A DNA stretch of 63,726 nucleotides, filler included, from an uncultured archaeon (GTDB lineage: Archaea > Nanobdellota > Nanobdellia > Woesearchaeales > CAIVOO01): NCBI GenBank assembly GCA_903842985.1. It is 6 parts of 6 records of this genome, joined end to end, with 100 filler letters (N's around TTAATTAATTAA, not from the genome) between each part and the next. Parts side by side here need not be neighbours in the genome. Positions count along the whole stretch, not along the records: positions 40,930 to 56,051 come from CAIMOB010000050.1; 5 more parts are not named here. One strand, 5' to 3'. This document shows positions 45,891-55,409 of this stretch, in pieces (the stretch's first letter is position 1; each line of letters starts with the position of its first letter). A program made the position numbers and the translations under genes. The notes below the pieces were generated by a model. That model saw only the letters and a list, made by a program, of their open reading frames with translations, was not told the DNA's origin and did not search any database.

Positions 45891-48011
45891 ATGAAGAATA
45901 TGAAGAGGTTTTTACTTGTTGCATTGGTTTTATTAGCTATTCCTGTTGTCTATGCGCCAATATTGTTGGGGACGTGCGATGGTTATATTCATTATATGGA
46001 TGGCAGCGTTGTTTCCGGAGCAAGTGTCACAGTCACAGTAAGCGGGTGCTCTGGCGACGGCTGTGTCAAAACAGTAACCTCTTTCTCAAACGGATACTAT
46101 GATGTTCCAAACCTCAACCTTAATCCAGGGGGGAGTGTTTCAGTCAGCGCAACCAAATCAACTGCTGCAGGCTCGAACACAGGCATTGCAGATTCGTTTC
46201 AGGCAGCAAGGGTCAATGTGACTTTGTGCGCGCCACCTTCGGTGCCAACACTTACGCCACATGCCGACCAACACTCAAACAGTGTATCTCTTTCCTGGAC
46301 ATTTGGCGCAGACAGCTATCCTACGCATGATGAGTTTCAGCTGGATGGAATCACAAACGCAACTGCGCAAAGCCCGCAATCAAGATCCGGACTTAGCTAC
46401 GGTCCACCAACTTATACTGGGGCAACTCATGCCTGGCAAGTTCGCACTTGTAATGCAATGTGCTGCTCTGGATGGCAATCAAGCAGTTTCATGATAACAA
46501 ATGCAGCACCAACAGCGCCAACACCAATACACCAGGCAAACACACACAATACATTTGTCTCGCTAGCCTGGACATCAATATCTGGCACAGACTCTGAAGG
46601 CGACACAGTTCAAGATGAATTCCAGTTTGATTCAGACTCAATAATCAACCCGGCAACATCACCACAGTCAAAATCAGGACTTAGCTACGGCCCGACTCAT
46701 ACAGGGTCAGCCCATATTTGGCAAGTTCGCACCTGCGACTCAATCGGCGCATGCTCTGCATGGATACCAGACAGCTTTTCAGTAACAAATGCAGCACCTC
46801 CAGCACCTAGCTTGACAGACCAGGCAAACACACATAATTCTTCTGTCTCGCTCAAATGGATAAATTACACAGACCCTGACGGTGATTCAACTTATAATAT
46901 ATTCAAATTTGATGGTGCGGTTGTAAGCTATGCAACGTCTCCAATAGCAGAGACAGGTCTTATTTTTGGAACAACACATACCTGGAGCGTTCAAACCTGT
47001 GACTCAATCGGCGCATGTTCAGCTGAGATATCAAAAAACTTTTCAATAACAAATGGAGCGCCAACAACGCCTCATTTGGAGGACCAGCATTCTACCCTAA
47101 ACACAACAGTGAAGCTTAATTGGACATCTGGCACAGACCCTGAACATGATCCTGTCCATGACCAACTCCAACTCAGCCTTTACTGCGATTTTTCGAGCTT
47201 GGTTTATGATAACGCAAGTGCAATACCTCCAACAACAATTAAAAACCTTTCAAAAGACAGCATATATTACTGGCGTGTCAAAAGCTGCGACCAGACAAGT
47301 TGTTCTGCATGGGTCACTGACTCATTTTTTATATTTTCTTCATGCCCTTCCTGCCCAACCTGTCCTTCCGGCGGAGGAGGAGGAGGCGGGGGCGGCGGTG
47401 GAGGAGGAGGCGGAGGATTTGAGGTTCCTTCCTGCAAACCTTTCTGGGCTTGCAATGACTGGGGTCCTTGCACAAACGGAGTTGCAAGGAGAGTGTGTGT
47501 TGATGCAATGAGCCGTTTCACAATTCCAGATTTAATAATTCCATGCAGAGTGGCAGTCAATCTTCGAGAAAATGCCAATCTTGGAAACCTTGATGAGCAT
47601 GATTTGTTCGACATGCCATTGTCATTTGACAAAAAATGGATTTTCATATTTGATGGGGTAGAACATTCATTGACGATACTGGGCATTTCAGGCAATTCTG
47701 CAGAGCTTTTAATAGATTCTGAGCCGATAACTGTTACTGTAAAACTTCACGAATCAAAAACAGTTGATATAACTGGAGATAATTTAGATGATATCATGAT
47801 TACATTAGAGAAAGTATCAAATAATTCAATAGAAATCTCACTTGTTGCTTTGAAGCCAGAAACAAAATTTAAAATACTGGAAAAGCCGATAAGAATAGCG
47901 TCAAGGGAGCTTGGAAGGCTCTGGCTCCTAAGCGTTGTGATATACCTAATAGCGATACTGGAATTGATTTCTTTTATCTATTTGTATAAAAGACACAAGA
48001 AATTCCGTTAG
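45891..48011 (+). CDS. Secreted Fn3-like repeat protein with poly-Gly linker, TSP1-like motif and C-terminal TM anchor (copy 2)
   Basis: Start MKNMKR inferred from copy 1; four repeats; poly-Gly run; CKPFWACNDWGPCTNGVARRVCVD; TM helix + KRHKKFR. Confidence 0.82.
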   Translation: MKNMKRFLLVALVLLAIPVVYAPILLGTCDGYIHYMDGSVVSGASVTVTVSGCSGDGCVKTVTSFSNGYYDVPNLNLNPGGSVSVSATKSTAAGSNTGIADSFQAARVNVTLCAPPSVPTLTPHADQHSNSVSLSWTFGADSYPTHDEFQLDGITNATAQSPQSRSGLSYGPPTYTGATHAWQVRTCNAMCCSGWQSSSFMITNAAPTAPTPIHQANTHNTFVSLAWTSISGTDSEGDTVQDEFQFDSDSIINPATSPQSKSGLSYGPTHTGSAHIWQVRTCDSIGACSAWIPDSFSVTNAAPPAPSLTDQANTHNSSVSLKWINYTDPDGDSTYNIFKFDGAVVSYATSPIAETGLIFGTTHTWSVQTCDSIGACSAEISKNFSITNGAPTTPHLEDQHSTLNTTVKLNWTSGTDPEHDPVHDQLQLSLYCDFSSLVYDNASAIPPTTIKNLSKDSIYYWRVKSCDQTSCSAWVTDSFFIFSSCPSCPTCPSGGGGGGGGGGGGGGGGFEVPSCKPFWACNDWGPCTNGVARRVCVDAMSRFTIPDLIIPCRVAVNLRENANLGNLDEHDLFDMPLSFDKKWIFIFDGVEHSLTILGISGNSAELLIDSEPITVTVKLHESKTVDITGDNLDDIMITLEKVSNNSIEISLVALKPETKFKILEKPIRIASRELGRLWLLSVVIYLIAILELISFIYLYKRHKKFR

Positions 48012-48682
48012 TTCATAATTCCAAATAAAGTCAAAAGCAACCTATCTGCAGCCTTTACCAAATTTATACCCTCGCCGCTCAATTCTACGCAGTTTTCATG
48101 AACAGAAATGTTCAGGCTTCCGTAAGGGTTTAGAACTATTGCAGGCACACCTGAATCACAGTCTATAATTGGCCGATTTGCACAGGCATCTGTTATGTTT
48201 TTTGTGCAGGCAGCGATTGGAGTTGTGTCAAGGGTCTGCGCGAGATTTATGCTAAGCTCAGATGCTGCAAGCGCGACATAATTAAGCCCCTGTGCTGTTG
48301 GGTCGAATGTTAAATAAACCTGTTTGAACTTGCTTAATCTTTTTACTTCCTTGTCTATGGATATATCTTGAAGCTGCAATGGCCCGAAGTGAAGCGGAAC
48401 ATTGTATATTATATCTCCTCCTGTCTTCTGCATTTCAACATACCAAAGCCCTGTTACGTTTGTGAAAACAAATCCGCCGTATGAATAAGACTGAACTTTT
48501 GGAGTTTGATTGTAAAAGTACCTCAGCGCAATTATCCCCCCAAAAATAACAATCAGGAATATAAAAAAGTAAATCAGGAATTTTGAACTGTAATCTGTCT
48601 CTTTTTCAATATGCTTTTCTTCATTATGCGCTTTTTCCTCGTGCTTTATTTTTCTTATTTTTTTCTTCTTACTCATTTTCAA
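48008..48682 (-). CDS. Membrane-anchored conserved hypothetical protein
   Basis: TM helix, Y.GF.F, YLTFDP, PII.C, C..LSG...DRLL..LFGI; paralog of 48669-49235. Confidence 0.78.
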   Translation of the reverse strand: MKMSKKKKIRKIKHEEKAHNEEKHIEKETDYSSKFLIYFFIFLIVIFGGIIALRYFYNQTPKVQSYSYGGFVFTNVTGLWYVEMQKTGGDIIYNVPLHFGPLQLQDISIDKEVKRLSKFKQVYLTFDPTAQGLNYVALAASELSINLAQTLDTTPIAACTKNITDACANRPIIDCDSGVPAIVLNPYGSLNISVHENCVELSGEGINLVKAADRLLLTLFGIMN

Positions 48683-49235
48683 TTACTCCAAAAACACCAT
48701 AAAGCAGCCTGTCCTTAAGCTTTAGCGGGTCCCCATCAAGTATTAGGCAGTTGCCTTCCTCTTTTATTACATTTTTTGTGCTGGGCTCCAGAACAACAAC
48801 AGGCACAAACTGCGTTGCATTCTCGCAGGTTATTATTTGAATCCCATATTTGTTGTTTTTGGTCATTCCGTTTGCAACGTAAACATTAATCAGCATAAGT
48901 TTCTGGTTCAAGTCGAACTGCGCAAAACCAACCGCATCATTTGTCTGGTTTGGGTCATAGGTTACGTAAACCATCCTTGAATTCAGGATTTTATTTTTTG
49001 CGTTTTCACTTAGGTTTATTGATTCAACCTCTGAAGGGAAGTAATCAAAGGCAGCGTCTTTTCCATTTATTTTAGTTACCCATTTCAGATTTTTCTTGTA
49101 GAAATCGTGATTTTTGTATGTCATTGACTCCTGGTCCCTTTCCCCAAAAATAAATCCAAGAACGCTCGTAACCATTATTGCTGCAATAAACACGGCAACG
49201 TATATTGCCCCCCTGCTGCGTTTTTCCTTTCTCAT
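48669..49235 (-). CDS. Membrane-anchored conserved hypothetical protein
   Basis: TM helix, YVTYDP, IITCENA..VPV, CLIL.G...DRLLYGVFGVI. Confidence 0.78.
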   Translation of the reverse strand: MRKEKRSRGAIYVAVFIAAIMVTSVLGFIFGERDQESMTYKNHDFYKKNLKWVTKINGKDAAFDYFPSEVESINLSENAKNKILNSRMVYVTYDPNQTNDAVGFAQFDLNQKLMLINVYVANGMTKNNKYGIQIITCENATQFVPVVVLEPSTKNVIKEEGNCLILDGDPLKLKDRLLYGVFGVIENE

Positions 49236-49313
49236 AAGCTGATTTTAACATTGGTTATTTAAAAAGCTTTTGGAGTGGAAACATTTATATTCAATATTAA
49301 ATTTTATTTAAAA

Positions 49314-50003
49314 ATGGCCAAAAAAGGAGCAATAATTGAGCTTAGGGATGTCTGGAAAACATATCAAATGGGTGCAACAACTGTGCAGGCTCTTAGGGGA
49401 ATCAGCCTCCAGATATTTGAAGATGAGTTTGTTGCTGTCCAGGGCCCGAGCGGAAGCGGAAAGTCAACTTCTGTAAACATGATTGGCTGCCTCGACCTTC
49501 CTACAAAAGGGTCTATTTTCCTGGATGGAAAAGATATTTCAAAGCTTTCTGAATCAGAGCTCGCGCAGATAAGGGGCAGGAGAATAGGGTTTGTTTTCCA
49601 GCAGTTCAATCTCATTCCAACACTTTCTGCAATAGAGAATGTAATGCTGCCAATGACATTCCAGGGTGTTCCTTTTGAAAAAAGAAGGGAAAGAGCAGAG
49701 AATCTTTTGAAGCTTGTTGACATGGATGACAGGGCAAATCACAGGCCTTCTGAGTTGAGCGGAGGCGAACAGCAGAGAATAGCAATAGCAAGGGCACTGG
49801 TAAATGACCCAGAAGTTGTACTGGCAGATGAGCCAACAGGAAACCTTGACAGCAAGACAGGCGCCATGATAATGGATTTCCTGAAAAAGCTGAACAAGGA
49901 GGGAAAGACAATAGTAATGGTCACGCATGACAATAACCTTGCAAGGAAGGCAGAAAGAGTAATCTTTTTAAAGGACGGAGAAATAGTTAAACACTTAAGT
50001 TAG
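49314..50003 (+). CDS. ABC transporter ATP-binding protein (LolD/MacB-type)
   Basis: GPSGSGKST, GFVFQQFNL, LSGGEQQR, LADEPTGNLD, VTHD. Confidence 0.95.
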   Translation: MAKKGAIIELRDVWKTYQMGATTVQALRGISLQIFEDEFVAVQGPSGSGKSTSVNMIGCLDLPTKGSIFLDGKDISKLSESELAQIRGRRIGFVFQQFNLIPTLSAIENVMLPMTFQGVPFEKRRERAENLLKLVDMDDRANHRPSELSGGEQQRIAIARALVNDPEVVLADEPTGNLDSKTGAMIMDFLKKLNKEGKTIVMVTHDNNLARKAERVIFLKDGEIVKHLS

Positions 50004-50009
50004 GGTGAT

Positions 50010-51254
50010 ATGATGAGAAAACTGCTTTTAATGCTTCTTTTGATGGTGCCGGTAGCTGCTGCAATCGAGACTTCGACCATCACCCCGACAGTTGATTTTT
50101 CACCTGCCTATTTCCAGGTTGTGGCTACAAAATATGAGCCTTATCCTGCAGAGCCAGGCTCCTACGTTGATTTATGGCTTAAAGTAAGGAATATAGGCGA
50201 TACAAAAGCGCCTGATTTCACGCTTACGCTAAAGCCAAAATTCCCTTTCTCGCTTGACCCTAATGAAAACGCAGACAGAAGCCTTGGGGAGATTCTGGCA
50301 GGCGAATCAGTTACTGTTCATTACAAGGTAAAGGTTGACGAAAATGCCGTTGAAGGCGATACTGAACTTGATTTTGAATACACAACAGGGACAAGCGTAA
50401 CAATGGACGGCGCTGTGACAATAAAAATACAGACAATTGACGCAGTTCTTTCTGTTGATTCTGTTGGAACCATGCCTGAAAGCGTTGTGCCTGGCGAGGC
50501 ATTTGACATAAACGTAAAATTGAGAAATAATGCAGATTCGTTTTTGAAATATGTGACAGTCGGCCTGCCGCTCATAAGCCCAGCAACCCATGCAGAGCTT
50601 CCATTCACGCCAGTCGGCGGAGGGATTGTCAAGACGCTTTACCAGGTTGGGCCTGGAGAGGATGCAAAATTTACATTCAAGCTGGTTGCGAATCCTGACG
50701 CAGAATCAAAGCCATATAAAATTCCAGTGATAATAAACTATTATGATGACCTCGGAAGGCTTTACAATCTCTCAAACATTGTAGGCATTATTGTGGGAGC
50801 TGAGCCTGACATTTCCATCAGTGTTGACAGCTCAACAATCTACGGCAAAGGTCAGACAGGCAACCTGATATTGAAAGTCGTGAATAGGGGGCTGACTGGC
50901 ATAAAATTTATGAATGTAAAACTGAAAGACAGTGCAGATTACGATATTCTCTCGCCGAAAGAGGTTTACATAGGAAACATAGATTCTGATGACTATGAAA
51001 CAGCTGAATTCAAGGTTTACGTAAAAGGCTTTGAAGATAGCACGCTGAAACTCCCATTAATACTGGAGTACATGGATGCAAACAATAATCCATACACAAA
51101 GGACCTTGAACTTGAGTTTAAGGTGTACAGCGCCGAAAAGCTTGGCGTGAGCAGCGGAAGCAGCCTGGGCACAATAATCTTTATCTTGATTGTCCTTGTC
51201 ATCGCTTACTTTGTCTACAGAAGATGGGAGAAGAAAAAGCGTAAAGTAAAATGA
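50010..51254 (+). CDS. COG1361 S-layer-domain protein with C-terminal TM helix
   Basis: YEPYPAEPG..V.LW.KV.N.G, PG...I.V.L.N, YIGNIDSDDYET; TM helix + basic tail. Confidence 0.8.
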   Translation: MMRKLLLMLLLMVPVAAAIETSTITPTVDFSPAYFQVVATKYEPYPAEPGSYVDLWLKVRNIGDTKAPDFTLTLKPKFPFSLDPNENADRSLGEILAGESVTVHYKVKVDENAVEGDTELDFEYTTGTSVTMDGAVTIKIQTIDAVLSVDSVGTMPESVVPGEAFDINVKLRNNADSFLKYVTVGLPLISPATHAELPFTPVGGGIVKTLYQVGPGEDAKFTFKLVANPDAESKPYKIPVIINYYDDLGRLYNLSNIVGIIVGAEPDISISVDSSTIYGKGQTGNLILKVVNRGLTGIKFMNVKLKDSADYDILSPKEVYIGNIDSDDYETAEFKVYVKGFEDSTLKLPLILEYMDANNNPYTKDLELEFKVYSAEKLGVSSGSSLGTIIFILIVLVIAYFVYRRWEKKKRKVK

Positions 51255-52468
51255 TAAGAGATTACCTCAGAATTTCTTTTTTCAATTTTAAAAATAGGAA
51301 ACTAAGGGCTTTTCTTACTGTTGTCGGCATTTTGATTGGAATGACCGCAATAATTTCGCTTATTTCTCTTGGGCAGGGAATGAAGGACGCCATAAACAGC
51401 GAATTCGAGTCAGTCGGCATCGATAGGATAATAATCAGCGCAGGGGGCGCGTCATTCGGGCCGATGGGAAGTTCGCTTGCAGTCAAGCAGCTGACTGAAG
51501 ATGATTTAGATGTAGTAAAAAAGTCAAAGGGTGTTGAAAAGGCAGAAGGCATCCTGTTCAAGACCGCAAAAATCGAATTTAATGGCAAGGTTGTTTATGC
51601 GCAGGTTGGAGGAACCCCGACAGACGCGGATTCAAGAAAAGAGATAGAGAATGTTGGGCTTTTCAAGGTAGAGGACGGGAGGCAGTTCAAGGAAAGCGAC
51701 AAGTATGCAGCGATTCTTGGTTATTCAGTTGCGCATGACATGTTTAAAAAAGACTTGAAGACAGGCGAGAAAATTCTTATAAATGATGCTGAGTTCAAGA
51801 TTGTAGGATTGCAAAGAAAAGTCGGCAGCATAATTCATGATAATCTTGTAAGGATTCCTTTATCAACTGCGAGGGAAATTTTTAACGAGAAAACCGAGGT
51901 TTCATCTATTTTCGCGAGGACAAATCCCGGATTTGTACCTTCTGATGTTGCGGAAAATATAAAATCTGATTTGAGAAAACACCGGAATGTGAAGGAAGGC
52001 GAGGAGGATTTTTCTGTCCAGACATCCCAGCAGCTGATAAGCAGCCTTAACACTATTCTGACTTTGGTTCAGGTTGTAATAACAGGGATAGCGGCAATCT
52101 CGCTTTTTGTCGGCGGTGTCGGCATAATGAACACAATGTACACTGCAGTGACAGAAAGGAGAAAGGACATCGGCATAATGAAGTCAATAGGCGCGAAAAA
52201 CAGCCACATCCTGATTTTGTTTTTGATTGAATCTGGAATGATCGGCATTGTCGGAGGCGCGCTTGGGATCATTCTTGGTTTTGGCATAAGCTTTCTTGTC
52301 CAGCTCATTGCAGAGGCATACGGCATTGTTACATTAAAAGCTTCATTTTCGCTGTTTTTGATAGGAGGGGCGCTGATTTTTTCATTCCTTATGGGCACCA
52401 TTTCAGGAGTCACGCCTGCTATCCAGGCATCAAAGCTGCAGCCGGTTGAGGCATTGAGGAAAAAATGA
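51251..52468 (+). CDS. MacB/FtsX-family ABC permease
   Basis: RAFLTVVGILIG, IAAISLFVGGVGIMNTM, ER..DIGIMKSIGA, PVEALR. Confidence 0.93.
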   Translation: MIRDYLRISFFNFKNRKLRAFLTVVGILIGMTAIISLISLGQGMKDAINSEFESVGIDRIIISAGGASFGPMGSSLAVKQLTEDDLDVVKKSKGVEKAEGILFKTAKIEFNGKVVYAQVGGTPTDADSRKEIENVGLFKVEDGRQFKESDKYAAILGYSVAHDMFKKDLKTGEKILINDAEFKIVGLQRKVGSIIHDNLVRIPLSTAREIFNEKTEVSSIFARTNPGFVPSDVAENIKSDLRKHRNVKEGEEDFSVQTSQQLISSLNTILTLVQVVITGIAAISLFVGGVGIMNTMYTAVTERRKDIGIMKSIGAKNSHILILFLIESGMIGIVGGALGIILGFGISFLVQLIAEAYGIVTLKASFSLFLIGGALIFSFLMGTISGVTPAIQASKLQPVEALRKK

Positions 52469-53673
52469 TTGGAGACTACTTCAAACTTTCAATAAAGACA
52501 TTCAGGGCAAGAAAATTGAGGTCCTGGCTTACGATGATCGGCATATTCATAGGAATAGCTGCAGTTGTCTCCCTTGTCTCGCTTGGGCAGGGTCTCCAGA
52601 AGGCAATCGGTGATTTGTTTAACCAGATGGGAACTGATAAAATCATGGTAACTGCGGGGTCAGCATTCATGGGCCTTAGTGTTGGCGGGATAGAGTTAAA
52701 AGAAGGGGATTTGAACGTCATCAAAAAAGTTTCGGGAGTGGACCTTGCAGGAGGTTATATTTACAAGTTCGCGCAGATGAAGTTTAAGGACCAGACAAAA
52801 TACACCTATGTTATAGGATACCCTCTTGATGAGTCAAGAAGGTTGATAGCAGAAGTAGCATATTTTAAAATCAGTGAAGGAAGGGAGCTGAAACAAGGAG
52901 ACAAGTACAAGGCAGATGTAGGCATATCCTTAAGTGAGGGAAAGCTTTTTTCAAAGAAAGTCAGTGTTGGGGATAACATAGAGATAGAAGGGCGTAATTT
53001 TAATGTTGTTGGAGGAATGGAGAGGATTGGAAACCCCCAGGATGACGCGCAGGTTTACATTCCAATGGAGACTGCGCGCGAGATACTGAATGTGCCTGAA
53101 AAGTATGATATGCTGATGGCAAAGGTTTCAGATGCAGGCGCTGTCCAGCAGGTTGCTGATCGAATTAAAAAGAGGCTAAGAGAATACAGAAATGTAAAGG
53201 AAGGCGAGGAGGACTTCAGTGTCGAGACAATTAATGACTTGAGGGACACTTACGGCACAGTCATGGCAATCATACAGGCAGTTGTGATTGGGATAGCGGC
53301 AATCTCGCTTTTTGTCGGCGGTGTCGGCATAATGAACACAATGTTCACATCTGTGCTTGAAAGGACTTCGCAGATAGGCGTGATGAAGGCTGTCGGAGCT
53401 GCGAATCACGACATTTTGATGATATTTTTGGTTGAGTCAGGCGTGCTCGGGCTTCTCGGAGGCGCAGTGGGGATAATTTTTGGAATGCTTATCAGCAAGT
53501 TTGTCTCTTATATCACAGTTCTCGCAGGCATAACATACATAGAATCCTATTTCCCCTGGTATTTGATTGTAGGCGCCTTGGCTTTCTCGTTTATTATAGG
53601 AATGATTTCAGGGGCTGTGCCAGCGTACAGGGCAATGAAGATGAAGCCCGTTGACGCGCTCAGGTATGAGTAA
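52465..53673 (+). CDS. MacB/FtsX-family ABC permease
   Basis: RSWLTMIGIFIG, IAAISLFVGGVGIMNTM, ERTSQIGVMKAVGA, PVDALRYE. Confidence 0.93.
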   Translation: MIGDYFKLSIKTFRARKLRSWLTMIGIFIGIAAVVSLVSLGQGLQKAIGDLFNQMGTDKIMVTAGSAFMGLSVGGIELKEGDLNVIKKVSGVDLAGGYIYKFAQMKFKDQTKYTYVIGYPLDESRRLIAEVAYFKISEGRELKQGDKYKADVGISLSEGKLFSKKVSVGDNIEIEGRNFNVVGGMERIGNPQDDAQVYIPMETAREILNVPEKYDMLMAKVSDAGAVQQVADRIKKRLREYRNVKEGEEDFSVETINDLRDTYGTVMAIIQAVVIGIAAISLFVGGVGIMNTMFTSVLERTSQIGVMKAVGAANHDILMIFLVESGVLGLLGGAVGIIFGMLISKFVSYITVLAGITYIESYFPWYLIVGALAFSFIIGMISGAVPAYRAMKMKPVDALRYE

Positions 53674-54631
53674 GCATGGACAAATAAGAATTCAGCTTTT
53701 TATTAACTTTTTCTTTCAAAATCTCATCCAACTCCAGCTTTTCAACTTCATCTTTCCAGTTGATTTTTGGCAGTTTTGTCAAACTGCCTTTGAATTTCCT
53801 TCCTGCCTCTTTTGCTGACTGTTCTATTGCTTTTGCTTCTTTGCTTCCAAATGCCTTAAGTGCAGGAAACTTTGAAATTGAATTGGCGCCTGCTTTCAGC
53901 AGCAATGGCACACGGTCAACTTTATTGAGCCAGATGCCTGCCAGAATTTCTATTTTTGGGAACGCGATTCTTGTTCTTGCAATCCACTCTGCCTGGTACT
54001 CGGCAGACGGCATTTCCCTGCTCTCGAATATGGTTCCTTTCTGCGGATTCAATGAGTAGAAGTAGATTTTGTCTATCTTGTGCTTTTCAATGAAATCTTT
54101 TAATAATTCGAAATCTTCAATTGTTTCACCAAGCCCGAGAATCATTGTCATTGCTTTCTTTAGGTTGTATTTTCCGGCAATGTCAAGCATATTTTCATAG
54201 GGCGCAGCTGGCTTTGAAGGGCAGACAAAATCATGCAGTTTTGGATTTATTGCTTCAATGCTCGCGACAACCCCTTTGGTGTACGGCAGATATTCTTTTA
54301 TTTCTTTCTCGCCCAATGCGCCAACATTCAGCCAGAGCTTTCCGCAGACCTTTGAAACATTCTTTATTATCTCTTTGAAATTTGCCTGCGAATACGCGTC
54401 AATTCCTCCGGAGAAAGCGCCAATCTCCCAGCCAAGATTTTTGCAGATAATAGCTTCCGCAATCAGCGACTCTTTGCTTCTCACAGCGGTCTTGTCAGGC
54501 TGCGTTGACATGTAGCAGAACTTGCAGTTTCTTATTTTGCAGTACCACGAGAATAAGATAGCCCTTTCAAACCAGGTTTCTGCTGGGAAGTTCTGCAGGA
54601 ATACTTTATTTGCTTGTTCTAACGCGTCCAT
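53660..54631 (-). CDS. Radical SAM protein (biotin synthase-related)
   Basis: CKIRNCKFC cluster motif, SGG, ILGLGET, LNPQKGT, ARTRIAFP, AGANS. Confidence 0.82.
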   Translation of the reverse strand: MDALEQANKVFLQNFPAETWFERAILFSWYCKIRNCKFCYMSTQPDKTAVRSKESLIAEAIICKNLGWEIGAFSGGIDAYSQANFKEIIKNVSKVCGKLWLNVGALGEKEIKEYLPYTKGVVASIEAINPKLHDFVCPSKPAAPYENMLDIAGKYNLKKAMTMILGLGETIEDFELLKDFIEKHKIDKIYFYSLNPQKGTIFESREMPSAEYQAEWIARTRIAFPKIEILAGIWLNKVDRVPLLLKAGANSISKFPALKAFGSKEAKAIEQSAKEAGRKFKGSLTKLPKINWKDEVEKLELDEILKEKVNKKLNSYLSMLTHT

Positions 54632-55103
54632 TTTGTATGCATTTCATGTAAACATGCCATTCCCTTCTTTCATCGTAATATCTTCCTATCTGCATATAGC
54701 CGCTTTTCTTCAGGTCTGAAATCTCTTCCCTGTTTGTTGATTCGGCAGTGTTTATCATGTACCTGATTCCGTCTTTTTTGAAATAAGGCTTCAATGTCTC
54801 TTCTATGCTCTTTCTTATGCCTTCTTTTTTATGCTCCGGCACAACAAAGAATCTGCTGAAATCAGCATAGTGGTTTCCGTTGCCGTTTTTTCTGATGGAG
54901 TATGACATAATCCCTATTGGTTTTTGGTCTTTCTTTATCACAAATAAATTTAAGTCAGGGTTTGACAGCTCTTTTTCATAGCTTTTCAATTCAAACTCTT
55001 TCTCTGTGTCGCTTAATTCTCTTTTTACTTCAACTTCCTCCTGGTAGCCCAGCAAAAGCTCTTGAATCCCTTCTATTTTTTGTGTTTTTCTTATTGTTAA
55101 CAT
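54606..55103 (-). CDS. GNAT-family acetyltransferase-like protein
   Basis: FVIKKDQKPIG, SRFFVVPEHKKEGI, LKKSGY..IG. Confidence 0.68.
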   Translation of the reverse strand: MLTIRKTQKIEGIQELLLGYQEEVEVKRELSDTEKEFELKSYEKELSNPDLNLFVIKKDQKPIGIMSYSIRKNGNGNHYADFSRFFVVPEHKKEGIRKSIEETLKPYFKKDGIRYMINTAESTNREEISDLKKSGYMQIGRYYDERREWHVYMKCIQNGRVRTSK

Positions 55104-55119
55104 TTTTACATTACTCGAA

Positions 55120-55192
55120 AGCCCCCGGTGAGAGTTGCACTCACGATCTGCTGATTACGAGTCAGCCGCTATAGCTACTAAGCCACGGGGGC
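55120..55192 (-). tRNA. tRNA-Thr(CGT)
   Basis: GCCCCCG/CGGGGGC acceptor stem, GCTGA-CT-CGT-AA-TCAGC anticodon arm; atypical T-loop TGCAACT. Confidence 0.85.
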
Positions 55193-55200
55193 GGATATCA

Positions 55201-55356
55201 CTATAGCTTTTTGAGAATATCCTCTTTTTTTGGAAACTTCTTCTGGCATTCGAAGCAGACGGTGTGCTTCTTGCCTTTATCATCTTTCACATAAGTGCCA
55301 ATCATCTTTTTCAAAAACGTCTCTTCAATCTTTTTCCTGCAAATCTCGCATTTCAT
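55201..55356 (-). CDS. Small CxxC...CxxC zinc-binding protein (51 aa); not in the ORF track
   Basis: MKCEICRKKIEETFLKKMIGTYVKDDKGKKHTVCFECQKKFPKKEDILKKL. Confidence 0.78.
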   Translation of the reverse strand: MKCEICRKKIEETFLKKMIGTYVKDDKGKKHTVCFECQKKFPKKEDILKKL

Positions 55357-55409
55357 ATATATTTTTGGGGCAGAAGAATTTATAAATATATCTGAAAATA
55401 ACCAGCATT

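Noticed and set aside
47370..47418. GGA/GGC run as a phase-variation tract
   Set aside because: Mixed Gly codons in frame encode an ordinary poly-Gly linker; triplet slippage would not shift the frame.
52083..53345. Identical stretch of about 55 bp shared by the two MacB-type permease genes
   Set aside because: It encodes the most conserved motif (IAAISLFVGGVGIMNTM) of adjacent paralogs; conservation or local gene conversion explains it, and there is no RT gene or A-specific variation suggesting a DGR.
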